Shown: positions 54,027 to 62,208 of the stretch, in pieces | Position numbering within the stretch: the stretch's first letter is position 1 | How the letters are laid out: every line of letters starts with the position of its first letter | Assembly (NCBI GenBank): GCA_937892705.1 | Contig: CALBGR010000021.1 | Coordinates: 6,572-70,571 of the forward strand | From: an uncultured Candidatus Saccharibacteria bacterium | GTDB lineage: Bacteria > Patescibacteriota > Saccharimonadia > Saccharimonadales > UBA4665 | DNA: 64,000 bases | Direction of reading: 5' to 3' | Program-made: the position numbers and the translations under genes | The notes under the pieces: generated by a model | What the model was told of the DNA's origin: nothing | What the model saw: the letters and a program-made list of their open reading frames with translations, nothing else | The model's database searches: none

Positions 54027-54755
54027 CTAGCTTAGCAGCTCATCAGGAATATCAAAATTGACGTGAGTGTTTACCACATCATCCAGACCTTCAAGCGCAT
54101 CCATAAGCCGCATAATTTTACCCGCAGTTTCCTTATCATTGATTGCTACAGTGTTGTTCGGCACAAATGTCTGCTCCGCCTCAATCACCTCTACACCAGC
54201 TTCTTTCAGCGCATCACGAACTTTTGTCAAATTTTTTGGCGCGGTATAAACCACTAATTCACCATCTTCTTCTTGCACATCATCAGCGCCTGCGTCCAAA
54301 GCCTGCAGCACTAAATCATCACCGCTACCTTTGATACGAATCATACCTTTTCGGTCAAACTGAAAGGCTACCGCACCCCGTTCCGCAATATTGCCGCCGT
54401 GCTTACTGAATGCCAATCGCACTTCAGGATATGTACGGTTTACATTATCTGTAGCACATTCAACCAATACTGCCACACCACCCGGGCCATAACCTTCATA
54501 CATCACTTCCTGGATCTGTTCACCACCTAGTTTTCCCAGGCCACGATCGATTGACCGCTGAATATTCGTATTAGGCATGTTCGCAGCACGCGCCTTTTCG
54601 ATCGCTAATGCCAGCGCCGGATTCATATCCGGATCCCCACCATTTTTAGCAGCCAGAGCAATCTGATTGCCAATCTTTGTAAACAACGCTCCACGCTTTG
54701 CATCTTCAACTGCTTTGCCACGCTTAATCTTTGACCATTTATTATGTCCAGCCAT
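54027..54755 (-). CDS. YebC/PmpR-family DNA-binding regulator
   Basis: MAGHNKWSKIKRGKA N-terminus, 242 aa. Confidence 0.93.
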   Translation of the reverse strand: MAGHNKWSKIKRGKAVEDAKRGALFTKIGNQIALAAKNGGDPDMNPALALAIEKARAANMPNTNIQRSIDRGLGKLGGEQIQEVMYEGYGPGGVAVLVECATDNVNRTYPEVRLAFSKHGGNIAERGAVAFQFDRKGMIRIKGSGDDLVLQALDAGADDVQEEDGELVVYTAPKNLTKVRDALKEAGVEVIEAEQTFVPNNTVAINDKETAGKIMRLMDALEGLDDVVNTHVNFDIPDELLS

Positions 54756-54808
54756 ACTACAACTCCATCACACTAATAACTTTTCTTATCTGTTATTATA
54801 CCAGGTTG

Positions 54809-55459
54809 CTAGAGGTTTATTTCTTTTTCCAGACACTTACTCAATTTTTGCACGTCAGGAATAACAATCCTGCCTCGCTTCACACTAATAAGATGCTGCT
54901 GTTTTAGTTTTTGTATCTGTCGATTAATCGTTTCACGCGATAATCCTGCCCTTGACGCCAAATCTTTCTCGCTGATACGCAACACTGCCTTGCCATCTTC
55001 CCAATCATACAAACGCACTTCCGAGAGCAATTCATAAATCAGTCTGCTTTTTGCAGTGCCAGTCATAAGACACAGCACCCTACTGAGGGTACTATCCATA
55101 TCAAAAAATATTTTTGTTAATAATCCATACAACACATTTGCATTTGACCGCAAAAACCGCAACACCTCGCCAGTAGGAGCGCGATAAATTTCTACAACAG
55201 TTTCTGCTTCAAAAAAATACTTGTTTGGCAAATGTGTCAGCGCTGGAACCAAAGGAAAACACATAGGCGCCTTGAAGATACGCACCACGATCTGATCACC
55301 TCTATACGAAATAGCATACTGCTTCACCACTCCATTTTTTAGAAAGTACAACCATTCTGATGCCTCACCAGGAAATAAAAGTATCTGACCTTTCTCATAA
55401 CGCTGACAGGAATATCTATCAAAATATTCCTGCATTGTCTGTGCTAAATCTGTGGTCAT
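54809..55459 (-). CDS. Crp/Fnr-family transcriptional regulator (second copy)
   Basis: cNMP-binding-like barrel plus C-terminal HTH LASRAGLSRETINRQIQKL. Confidence 0.85.
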   Translation of the reverse strand: MTTDLAQTMQEYFDRYSCQRYEKGQILLFPGEASEWLYFLKNGVVKQYAISYRGDQIVVRIFKAPMCFPLVPALTHLPNKYFFEAETVVEIYRAPTGEVLRFLRSNANVLYGLLTKIFFDMDSTLSRVLCLMTGTAKSRLIYELLSEVRLYDWEDGKAVLRISEKDLASRAGLSRETINRQIQKLKQQHLISVKRGRIVIPDVQKLSKCLEKEINL

Positions 55460-55523
55460 AAGCGACCCCTATTTTACACTATATACCTGTATCTATTAAT
55501 AATTCTTAAATTAGCCTTAAGAA

Positions 55524-55537
55524 GTGATAAAAATCAC
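55524..55537. promoter_or_regulatory. perfect inverted repeat GTGAT-N4-ATCAC in the divergent promoter region
   Basis: GTGATAAAAATCAC lies between the Crp/Fnr gene (minus) and the membrane-protein gene (plus). Same half-site as the box at 23529-23542. Confidence 0.5.
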
Positions 55538-55617
55538 TTATTTGATATAAAATTTGTTATTTTATTGGCTTTCAAATCAATGCACAATCCATTAATAAAG
55601 CAAATACCGAGGCAACT

Positions 55618-56085
55618 ATGACAAATAACGGAATCGAAACACAGCACGGAGCCCTGTATAAATCCCTACTGCTACTATTGGCTTTTAATGGAATAACTGC
55701 TGTCCTCGGCGGTATAGCACTGATTACCAATATCATAAGCCCTGATATAGAGCTGCTTAGAAATACCTTGTTTTCCAGTTTTGTCATACCGGGCATATTA
55801 TTAACGGTGATCGTCGGCGGAAGTGCGCTCGCTGCACTGTTGCTTTTCATCAAAAAACACGATTTTGCCGCCCTTGTCGCCTTGCTATCCGGCTTCATCA
55901 TGGATACGTGGATATTGGCAGAAATGCTACTTATTGTAGAATTTTCCTGGTTTCAAATTCTCTATCTTATAACAGGCATAGGAGTTGTTATCTTATCTGC
56001 AGAATTTCTTCTGAGCAATCTAGAACAGCAAAACACTGCTCGGCCTAAAACCAATAACACTACCGGTGATCAAGGAGCCAGTTAG
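55618..56085 (+). CDS. integral membrane protein (4 TM)
   Basis: 155 aa, hydrophobic. Preferred over the antisense ORF 55572-55901. Confidence 0.6.
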   Translation: MTNNGIETQHGALYKSLLLLLAFNGITAVLGGIALITNIISPDIELLRNTLFSSFVIPGILLTVIVGGSALAALLLFIKKHDFAALVALLSGFIMDTWILAEMLLIVEFSWFQILYLITGIGVVILSAEFLLSNLEQQNTARPKTNNTTGDQGAS

Positions 56086-56129
56086 AAAATTCATAGCCCC
56101 AATATCATGTATGACATATGTATATAAGT

Positions 56130-56291
56130 ATGAATAATTCAATCGGAAAACTATTGGCAGTAAGCGCACTCATCGGCACCATTCTTTTGACACTGCTAGG
56201 CGGTTTGGCACTAGTAATACATAGTTTACGGCGCGTTAATCTAACGCTTCTTCTTGACCTTAACAAAAATAGCAAACGGGATAACAGCTAA
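56130..56291 (+). CDS. possible 53-aa single-pass membrane peptide
   Basis: MNNSIGKLLAVSALIGTILLTLLGGLALVIHSLRR. No clear SD. Confidence 0.3.
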   Translation: MNNSIGKLLAVSALIGTILLTLLGGLALVIHSLRRVNLTLLLDLNKNSKRDNS

Positions 56292-56323
56292 AAATAAAAA
56301 TACCCCAAGACAAGCCTGGGGTA
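56291..56323 (-). terminator. terminator downstream of the second tRNA-Lys
   Basis: TACCCCA/TGGGGTA stem. The minus strand continues TTTTTATTTT. Confidence 0.7.
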
Positions 56324-56330
56324 CTTTTAT

Positions 56331-56407
56331 TGGAGGGACCACTGGGACTCGAACCCAGGACACCCTGCTTAAAAGGCAGGTGCTCTAACCTGCTGAGCTA
56401 TGGTCCC
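56331..56407 (-). tRNA. tRNA-Lys (anticodon TTT), second copy, CCA encoded
   Basis: The anticodon, variable and T arms are identical to the copy at 4284-4360. The D arm differs by one loop base and the acceptor stem differs (GGGACCA/TGGTCCC). Confidence 0.95.
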
Positions 56408-56448
56408 ACAGTTTCTCAACAGGAGAAAATTAACTCCTTATATTATGC

Positions 56449-56955
56449 TTATTTGACGAAAAATGTCAATGGTGTTTTTCCTTTAGAATCATCTGCTTTT
56501 TTGCGCATTCTTAAAAACAAAAAACTACATAACGTACCTACACCCACTATCAGCGCCTTATGCCCTTCTACCATTCTCCATACATCACTACGCACAATTT
56601 CAGACTTCGTAGCGCCATCCAAAAAAGGAACCGTCAACAATAACCCAAACAAACCAACAAAAACCGCTGGAATAATATTCAACCAAATCTGCTTTTTTGC
56701 TACTGTTTTCATCATAAATATCGCCACCAACAGTACGGGTCCCCATAATAACACCAACCCAGCAATCACATTGGTTACCTCTGTCGGAGGCGCAATATAC
56801 CCACGCAAGGCATCCACCAAATCAAGCGACACATAAGTACCTAATACGCTACCCAAACAGAGTGCTAAAAACGCTGTTGCTGCATTTGCTCGCAACAACG
56901 TCAACGCCGCCACTGGTGCAGCAATAATTAATCCTGCAAATATATTCGGATCCAT
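56449..56955 (-). CDS. integral membrane protein
   Basis: 168 aa with 5 hydrophobic helices. The opposite-strand ORF 56330-56836 overlaps the tRNA and is rejected. Confidence 0.6.
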   Translation of the reverse strand: MDPNIFAGLIIAAPVAALTLLRANAATAFLALCLGSVLGTYVSLDLVDALRGYIAPPTEVTNVIAGLVLLWGPVLLVAIFMMKTVAKKQIWLNIIPAVFVGLFGLLLTVPFLDGATKSEIVRSDVWRMVEGHKALIVGVGTLCSFLFLRMRKKADDSKGKTPLTFFVK

Positions 56956-56973
56956 TACGCTTATGATAGCACG

Positions 56974-57450
56974 TTAAAAGTTAAAATTTTGCCCAATTTT
57001 TATATTACTGCCCTGTATAGTACCAGCATTAAATTCAATGACATATTTTGCTTCACCACAAAAACTCTGCGGATATGTTTCGGGCGCAATATGTTCGACT
57101 ATTTTCGTAATTTTTTTATTACTATCAAGCCACACCATATCCAAAGAAAACTTCATATCTTTCATCCACATACATTGTTCTTCCTGTTTTGGAAACACAA
57201 ACAGCATTGCATCATTTTTACCTAAGCTATCCCATCCACTAAGGCCCTGGATACGCTCCGGTTCTGTATCAGCAACACGCAAGTGAATCTCTCTTGTCCC
57301 TATCGAGACCACTTTACTATATGGTGACGTCCCCCTTTGGCTATATACAACAGCAATTCCAATAATGACCGCGAGCAAGATACCAACAAGCAATATATTA
57401 CGCGCCCACTTTATCCTTACGCCGTTTACCTTTAGCGTTTTGTTCAACAT
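56974..57450 (-). CDS. DUF192 (COG1430) family protein
   Basis: MLFVFPKQEEQCMWMKDMKFSLDMVWLD. The 53-nt overlap with rimK may be avoided by the TTG start at 57393. Confidence 0.75.
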   Translation of the reverse strand: MLNKTLKVNGVRIKWARNILLVGILLAVIIGIAVVYSQRGTSPYSKVVSIGTREIHLRVADTEPERIQGLSGWDSLGKNDAMLFVFPKQEEQCMWMKDMKFSLDMVWLDSNKKITKIVEHIAPETYPQSFCGEAKYVIEFNAGTIQGSNIKIGQNFNF

Positions 57451-58300
57451 AATCTATTATTTTAGCCGCCACGTTGCGATTCGTCACTTGCTCAATAGCA
57501 AACCCCGGACTTGCATTCACCTCTAATACCAGCGGCCCTCGGCTGCTTCGCATCATATCAACACCGCAGATCGGCAAGCCCATTGCTTTTGCTGCTTTTT
57601 GTGCCGTTTTACGTTCTTCTTGTGTCAGCTTTATTGGCTTACCTTCTCCACCCTGATGCAAATTCGAGCGAAAATCATCATCAAGACTTTGACGTTTCAT
57701 ACTCGCCACTACCTTTCCATTCACTACAAATGCACGAATATCCGTGCCGGCGCTTTCAGCAATATATTCCTGTACTAAGAAGTTCACGCCTTCCACATAA
57801 AATGCCTGCATTACCGCTTTTGCCGCCTTGCGTGTTTCTGCGAGCACGACACCATTTCCATGAGTGCCACGCGCAACCTTGATAATAGCTGGCGCACCGC
57901 CTACCTGTTCAAGTACATCTTCCACATCCGCAGTTTCCCGTGCAAATACCGTTTTTGGAATACCAACGCCAGCTTTCGCTAAAAGCTGCAGACTGCGCAA
58001 CTTATCACGTGAACGAACAATAGCAATCGAACTGGTAGTCGTAAAGACGTTCTGCATCTCAAACTGCCGCACAATAGAGCTACCATATCGCGTCAAACTT
58101 GAGGCAATCCGTGGAATGACCGCATCAATATCTCTTAGTTCTTCACCTTCATAACGGATAACCGGATTATTACTTTCAACAGACACATAACACTTTGCGT
58201 AATCAACAACACAAACTTCATGCCCACGGCTCAGCGCCTCTTCTTTGAGCCGCCGAGTTGAGTAATTACCTGGACCTCTTGATAAAATTACAATTCTCAT
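57398..58300 (-). CDS. rimK: RimK-family ATP-grasp ligase (alpha-L-glutamate ligase)
   Basis: MRIVILSRGPGNYSTRRL, ATP-grasp motifs, LEVNASPG. Confidence 0.88.
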   Translation of the reverse strand: MRIVILSRGPGNYSTRRLKEEALSRGHEVCVVDYAKCYVSVESNNPVIRYEGEELRDIDAVIPRIASSLTRYGSSIVRQFEMQNVFTTTSSIAIVRSRDKLRSLQLLAKAGVGIPKTVFARETADVEDVLEQVGGAPAIIKVARGTHGNGVVLAETRKAAKAVMQAFYVEGVNFLVQEYIAESAGTDIRAFVVNGKVVASMKRQSLDDDFRSNLHQGGEGKPIKLTQEERKTAQKAAKAMGLPICGVDMMRSSRGPLVLEVNASPGFAIEQVTNRNVAAKIIDYVEQNAKGKRRKDKVGA

Positions 58301-58315
58301 ACTACCTACCTCTTA

Positions 58316-59638
58316 TTACAATCTGTTTTTTAATTTTCTTTTTATAAATTTTGCAAATGCTTTTTGTTTTTCGTCTACAAACGCACCGCTAGCTATCTGA
58401 GGCGAGTCATTGATTTCTAAACAATACCACTTTTTGGTCGTTTTGTCTTGTATAAAGTCCGCTCCTGCTACCGCAATTTTTAGCAATCGCACCCCTTGTA
58501 CAGCCTGAGTTACAACGCTTTGAGGTACCTTTGAAACAGCAACCATCTCTGCAGCCCCTTCCTTTGCAGTATTGTTAAGATGCGTTCCCTGTTGACCAAC
58601 CCGCAGCATCGCAATATCAACCTGCTGACCAATAACAACAAACCGGTAATCACCATCATTCGGTATATATTGCTGCGCAATAAGACGCACTTTATGATCT
58701 ACAGCCCATTTGCTAATTTCATCAAAGGTTTTTCGGTCTTTGATCAGGAAATTGTTCCTGCCTTTGTTTTCATGGATATCTTTCAATATAAACTGCTCGC
58801 CGAGCTGTTCACGCAAAGTGTCATAAGAATCTGGCAACGTATGTATCGGCAGCAATATACTCTTTGGAATATCTATACCACCTTCTTGCAGCAGCACATA
58901 TTGCAAAAGCTTGCTCGTCGGAGGATGTAGCTTAACAATACTGTCAAAAAACAGCACATTTCGCTTCTCTACATAGTGTGCTACCGCAGCCGCTAAATCA
59001 GGCGCAACCGAAAATGTCTTGAAATATACCATCGCAAAATCTGCTACATCCTTACCTGATTGGTGTAGCCGGATAGAAACACCTTCATTGGAAATCACAA
59101 ATTCCAAATCATCATACGTGGCAAGCGTAAAGCGAAGATCAGGTTCTTGTTTCTGAATTGCGGTAAAAAACTGATCTACAGAACCAATATGTTTTGAACT
59201 TAATACAAGCACCTCCGGTTTCTTCTGAGCATCTCTATACGCCACATCAACGATAAACTTCCCATGCATCGTTCGGCGCCCTATCAAAATAGGAAACTTA
59301 TTAGCCGACCGATTCGCGAGCGTAAAGCGCGCCTTTATCACTTTGCCCGCAATCGCTACCGTTAGCTTTACCTTATAGCGTAGTTCACTCTGGCCAAATG
59401 AATTTTTCACATGACTTACCGTATAGTCTTCCGTACTCAAGGTCTCGCCAGTGTAAAACGGCGATGTCGGGCCAAACAGCGTAAAGAATAACACTCCATC
59501 GCGCTCATGCACGTTGCTCGCCCATATCGCTGAAGAATCCGCACCCGTATCTGTTTTTGCAGGCACACCCTTAATACCATACTGTACGATATCGACAGTG
59601 GTATTCGGACCTAATACTATCGGTTGTTTCTTATTCAT
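58316..59638 (-). CDS. fusion of retropepsin-like (DUF785/RimB-like) domain and second RimK-type ATP-grasp domain
   Basis: The N-terminus has KTDTGADSSAIW (D-T-G aspartyl-protease-like). The C-terminal half is ATP-grasp-like (CLEINDSPQ). Confidence 0.7.
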   Translation of the reverse strand: MNKKQPIVLGPNTTVDIVQYGIKGVPAKTDTGADSSAIWASNVHERDGVLFFTLFGPTSPFYTGETLSTEDYTVSHVKNSFGQSELRYKVKLTVAIAGKVIKARFTLANRSANKFPILIGRRTMHGKFIVDVAYRDAQKKPEVLVLSSKHIGSVDQFFTAIQKQEPDLRFTLATYDDLEFVISNEGVSIRLHQSGKDVADFAMVYFKTFSVAPDLAAAVAHYVEKRNVLFFDSIVKLHPPTSKLLQYVLLQEGGIDIPKSILLPIHTLPDSYDTLREQLGEQFILKDIHENKGRNNFLIKDRKTFDEISKWAVDHKVRLIAQQYIPNDGDYRFVVIGQQVDIAMLRVGQQGTHLNNTAKEGAAEMVAVSKVPQSVVTQAVQGVRLLKIAVAGADFIQDKTTKKWYCLEINDSPQIASGAFVDEKQKAFAKFIKRKLKNRL

Positions 59639-59678
59639 ACCTAACCTATTTCATACCTAACCTATATTTGTGTGTTTA

Positions 59679-60086
59679 TTATATGTCTTTGTGGCAGCTT
59701 ATTGCTGCCAAATATGCAACGTGCTTAGTGTTCAAATTTTGCCAAAGCTTATGTGCTACGCGGTGAGGCTCAGGCACACCATACAACTCCTTTGATGCTT
59801 CAGTAAACCTATTTGCAACTATTTCGCGCTGCCCTTCTGACACATGCTGTAACAGTCGCCCAGTTCGTATAAAATTCCCTACCGCAGCTACTCGAGCGCG
59901 TTCATCTTCTCGTACACCACCAGGCTCACTTTCTAAAAATTCAGTAAAAATTCTGTTATCTTGATCTTTTGCATACTGTTCTTCTATTTCGAGCAAAGGG
60001 TATGACAATACAGCTGAATCTTTTAGCTGTTCAGCTCGCTCAAAGGCTTTCAACATTTTTGCCGGTGGATCACTATTTTCTGGCAC
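59679..60086 (-). CDS. hypothetical protein
   Basis: 135-aa ORF, acidic, helical composition. Confidence 0.5.
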   Translation of the reverse strand: MPENSDPPAKMLKAFERAEQLKDSAVLSYPLLEIEEQYAKDQDNRIFTEFLESEPGGVREDERARVAAVGNFIRTGRLLQHVSEGQREIVANRFTEASKELYGVPEPHRVAHKLWQNLNTKHVAYLAAISCHKDI

Positions 60087-60131
60087 TCTTCTTATTATAA
60101 CACATTAGTAGATATTTTTCAATAGTTTTTA

Positions 60132-60160
60132 TTGCTTATGTTTTCTAATTATGTTATAAT
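60132..60160 (+). promoter_or_regulatory. sigma70-like promoter TTGCTT-N17-TATAAT giving a probable leaderless transcript of the GGDEF gene
   Basis: TATAAT at 60155-60160. ATG 60167 starts 7 nt after the -10 box. No SD is possible. Confidence 0.5.
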
Positions 60161-60166
60161 AGCACC

Positions 60167-60781
60167 ATGTCAGTAGCAGCACACCGACCAACCCCAGAAA
60201 CACCTCGCGGACACTCCATTTTGTCCGTTGAGCAGCTACTGCATGAGCGAAATATTGACCAGTTAACAGGGCTTCGTAACCGACTGTCGTTTACTGAAAG
60301 ACTACCGCATATTCTAGAAAAAAACCCAGGCGAAACTGCCCTTATTATGATAGACCTCGATGGCTTTAAAAAAATCAATGATACCTACGGCCATAGTGTC
60401 GGCGACAAACACCTAATAAAGTCAGCAACCTACCTGCGGCAAAGCACCGATGAGCGGCCCGGAGATGAAGCATATCGATTCGGTGGAGATGAGTTTGCGA
60501 TAGTTGCTCGAGGAATCCATCGTCAGGAAGATTTAGATACCCTAATAGCCCGCATCCAATCTGGTATTGACACAATTGGTGAGGGCGGTTCAGTAGGTGG
60601 AGCAAGACACATTCCAGGCCAATCAGCAGAGGAGCTCATTGCGGCCGCCGATCAAGCAATGTACGAGGTCAAAGAAAACCGTAAAAAGCAGGCCTTTGAG
60701 GCGCTACCACGCCGCAAGCAAATTGCCGCAAAAGTCGGCAACACGCTGCTGCGATACGCAGACGTAGACCCGCCTCGTTAA
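60167..60781 (+). CDS. diguanylate cyclase (stand-alone GGDEF domain)
   Basis: LTGLRNR, DLDGFKKINDTYGH, FGGDEF active site. Only about 30 residues precede the domain. Confidence 0.88.
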   Translation: MSVAAHRPTPETPRGHSILSVEQLLHERNIDQLTGLRNRLSFTERLPHILEKNPGETALIMIDLDGFKKINDTYGHSVGDKHLIKSATYLRQSTDERPGDEAYRFGGDEFAIVARGIHRQEDLDTLIARIQSGIDTIGEGGSVGGARHIPGQSAEELIAAADQAMYEVKENRKKQAFEALPRRKQIAAKVGNTLLRYADVDPPR

Positions 60782-60783
60782 AA

Positions 60784-61869
60784 TTAAAATAGTCCGCGCT
60801 TTTTAGACGCCCGTTTAAACTCCTCGAGGAGTTCTTTTTGTTTTTTAGAAAGCTTTGTAGGAGTATCTACTACAATGGTCACAATATGCGCCCCACGGGT
60901 TTTACCACGCATATGCGGCACACCATGACCAGAAAGTTTAAAATCAGTGCCGCTTTGCGTGCCTGGCGGTACCTTCATGGTAATTGGCCCATCAACTGTT
61001 TCAACCACTACTTCAGTCCCGAGCGCAGCATCAACCATACTGATATGTTCTTGGCTAAGGATCAAGTCGCCCTCGCGCGTAAACTTTTTGTGCGGTCTTA
61101 CCCGGATATTTACGTACAGATCGCCTTTCGGCCCATTAGCAATCGCTTCGCCATGCTCGCGTAATCGTATAGTGGCACCATCGTCAACACCAGCAGGGAT
61201 CTTGAGTCTGATTTTTTGGTTCCGACTTTGGGTACCCTTCCCGCGGCATACCGTACAAACTTTCTCCGGTACCTTACCGGTACCCTTACAGGTAGGACAG
61301 GTACTCGCCTGCTGAATGTTGCCAAAAATCGTTCGTGTTTGTGTTACCACCTGACCAGCACCGCCACAGGTATCGCACTTCTTTAGTTCGTACCCAGGTT
61401 CAGTAGTAGTACCTTTACAATGCTCACAAGTATCTTCAAGAGTAAGGTTGAGTGTTGCCTCAGTACCAAATACTGCTTGTTCAAAAGTAATCTCTACGCT
61501 TGTCTCGATATCATTACCACGTGCATTGCGCCTCCCTCGTCCACTCGACTGACCACCAAAGAAACTACTGAATATGTCACCGAGGCCAAGGTCGCCAAAG
61601 TCAAAATGCATACTCTGGCCGCCGAATCCCGCAAATGGATCACCAGCAGCACTACCACCTACGCCAGCGTGCCCAAACTGATCATACCGCTGGCGCTTGC
61701 TGGGGTCTTTGAGCACCTCATATGCTTCATTAATCTCTTTAAACTTTGCCTCGTCACCACCTCGATCAGGATGATGCTCAATAGCCAATCGGCGGAATGC
61801 TTTTTTAATTTCGTCCGCGCTGGCATCTCGACTGACCCCTAAAATTTCATAATAGTCTCGTTTTGCCAT
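60784..61869 (-). CDS. dnaJ: molecular chaperone DnaJ
   Basis: [13 protein letters not shown] region, four CxxCxG repeats. Confidence 0.96.
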   Translation of the reverse strand: MAKRDYYEILGVSRDASADEIKKAFRRLAIEHHPDRGGDEAKFKEINEAYEVLKDPSKRQRYDQFGHAGVGGSAAGDPFAGFGGQSMHFDFGDLGLGDIFSSFFGGQSSGRGRRNARGNDIETSVEITFEQAVFGTEATLNLTLEDTCEHCKGTTTEPGYELKKCDTCGGAGQVVTQTRTIFGNIQQASTCPTCKGTGKVPEKVCTVCRGKGTQSRNQKIRLKIPAGVDDGATIRLREHGEAIANGPKGDLYVNIRVRPHKKFTREGDLILSQEHISMVDAALGTEVVVETVDGPITMKVPPGTQSGTDFKLSGHGVPHMRGKTRGAHIVTIVVDTPTKLSKKQKELLEEFKRASKKRGLF

Positions 61870-61885
61870 TACCTTATTCTACCAG

Positions 61886-62203
61886 TTATTCGTTTAAGGT
61901 TTCTTTTAGCCAGTGTTTCGCATCTTCAGAAACATGAGCTACTGGGATCGCCTGCAAAACAAATGTTTTATAGCTGTGCAGCTTTTTGACTTCAGCCTCC
62001 ACCTTTTCAAAAAGGTGCGCCGCACTATGCATTATCAGCTTTATCTCATTCGCTGTCTCAAGATCACCCTGCCAGTGATATTTCGATTTTGTCTCAAAAA
62101 ATTCTACACACGCTACCAACCGCTTCTCAAGCAGGGAGTCAGCAATACCTTGAGCTTCTTGCCAACTCCCACAACTTAAGACCAGCTCAACAAACTGCGA
62201 CAT
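61886..62203 (-). CDS. cutA: divalent-cation tolerance protein CutA
   Basis: LVACVEFFE..KSKYHWQGDLE, a typical CutA1 core. 105 aa. Confidence 0.85.
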   Translation of the reverse strand: MSQFVELVLSCGSWQEAQGIADSLLEKRLVACVEFFETKSKYHWQGDLETANEIKLIMHSAAHLFEKVEAEVKKLHSYKTFVLQAIPVAHVSEDAKHWLKETLNE

Positions 62204-62208
62204 TATCT

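Noticed and set aside
56330-56836. 168-aa plus-strand ORF.
   Set aside because: It starts inside the antisense of tRNA-Lys. The opposite-strand ORF 56449-56955 encodes a clean multi-helix membrane protein.
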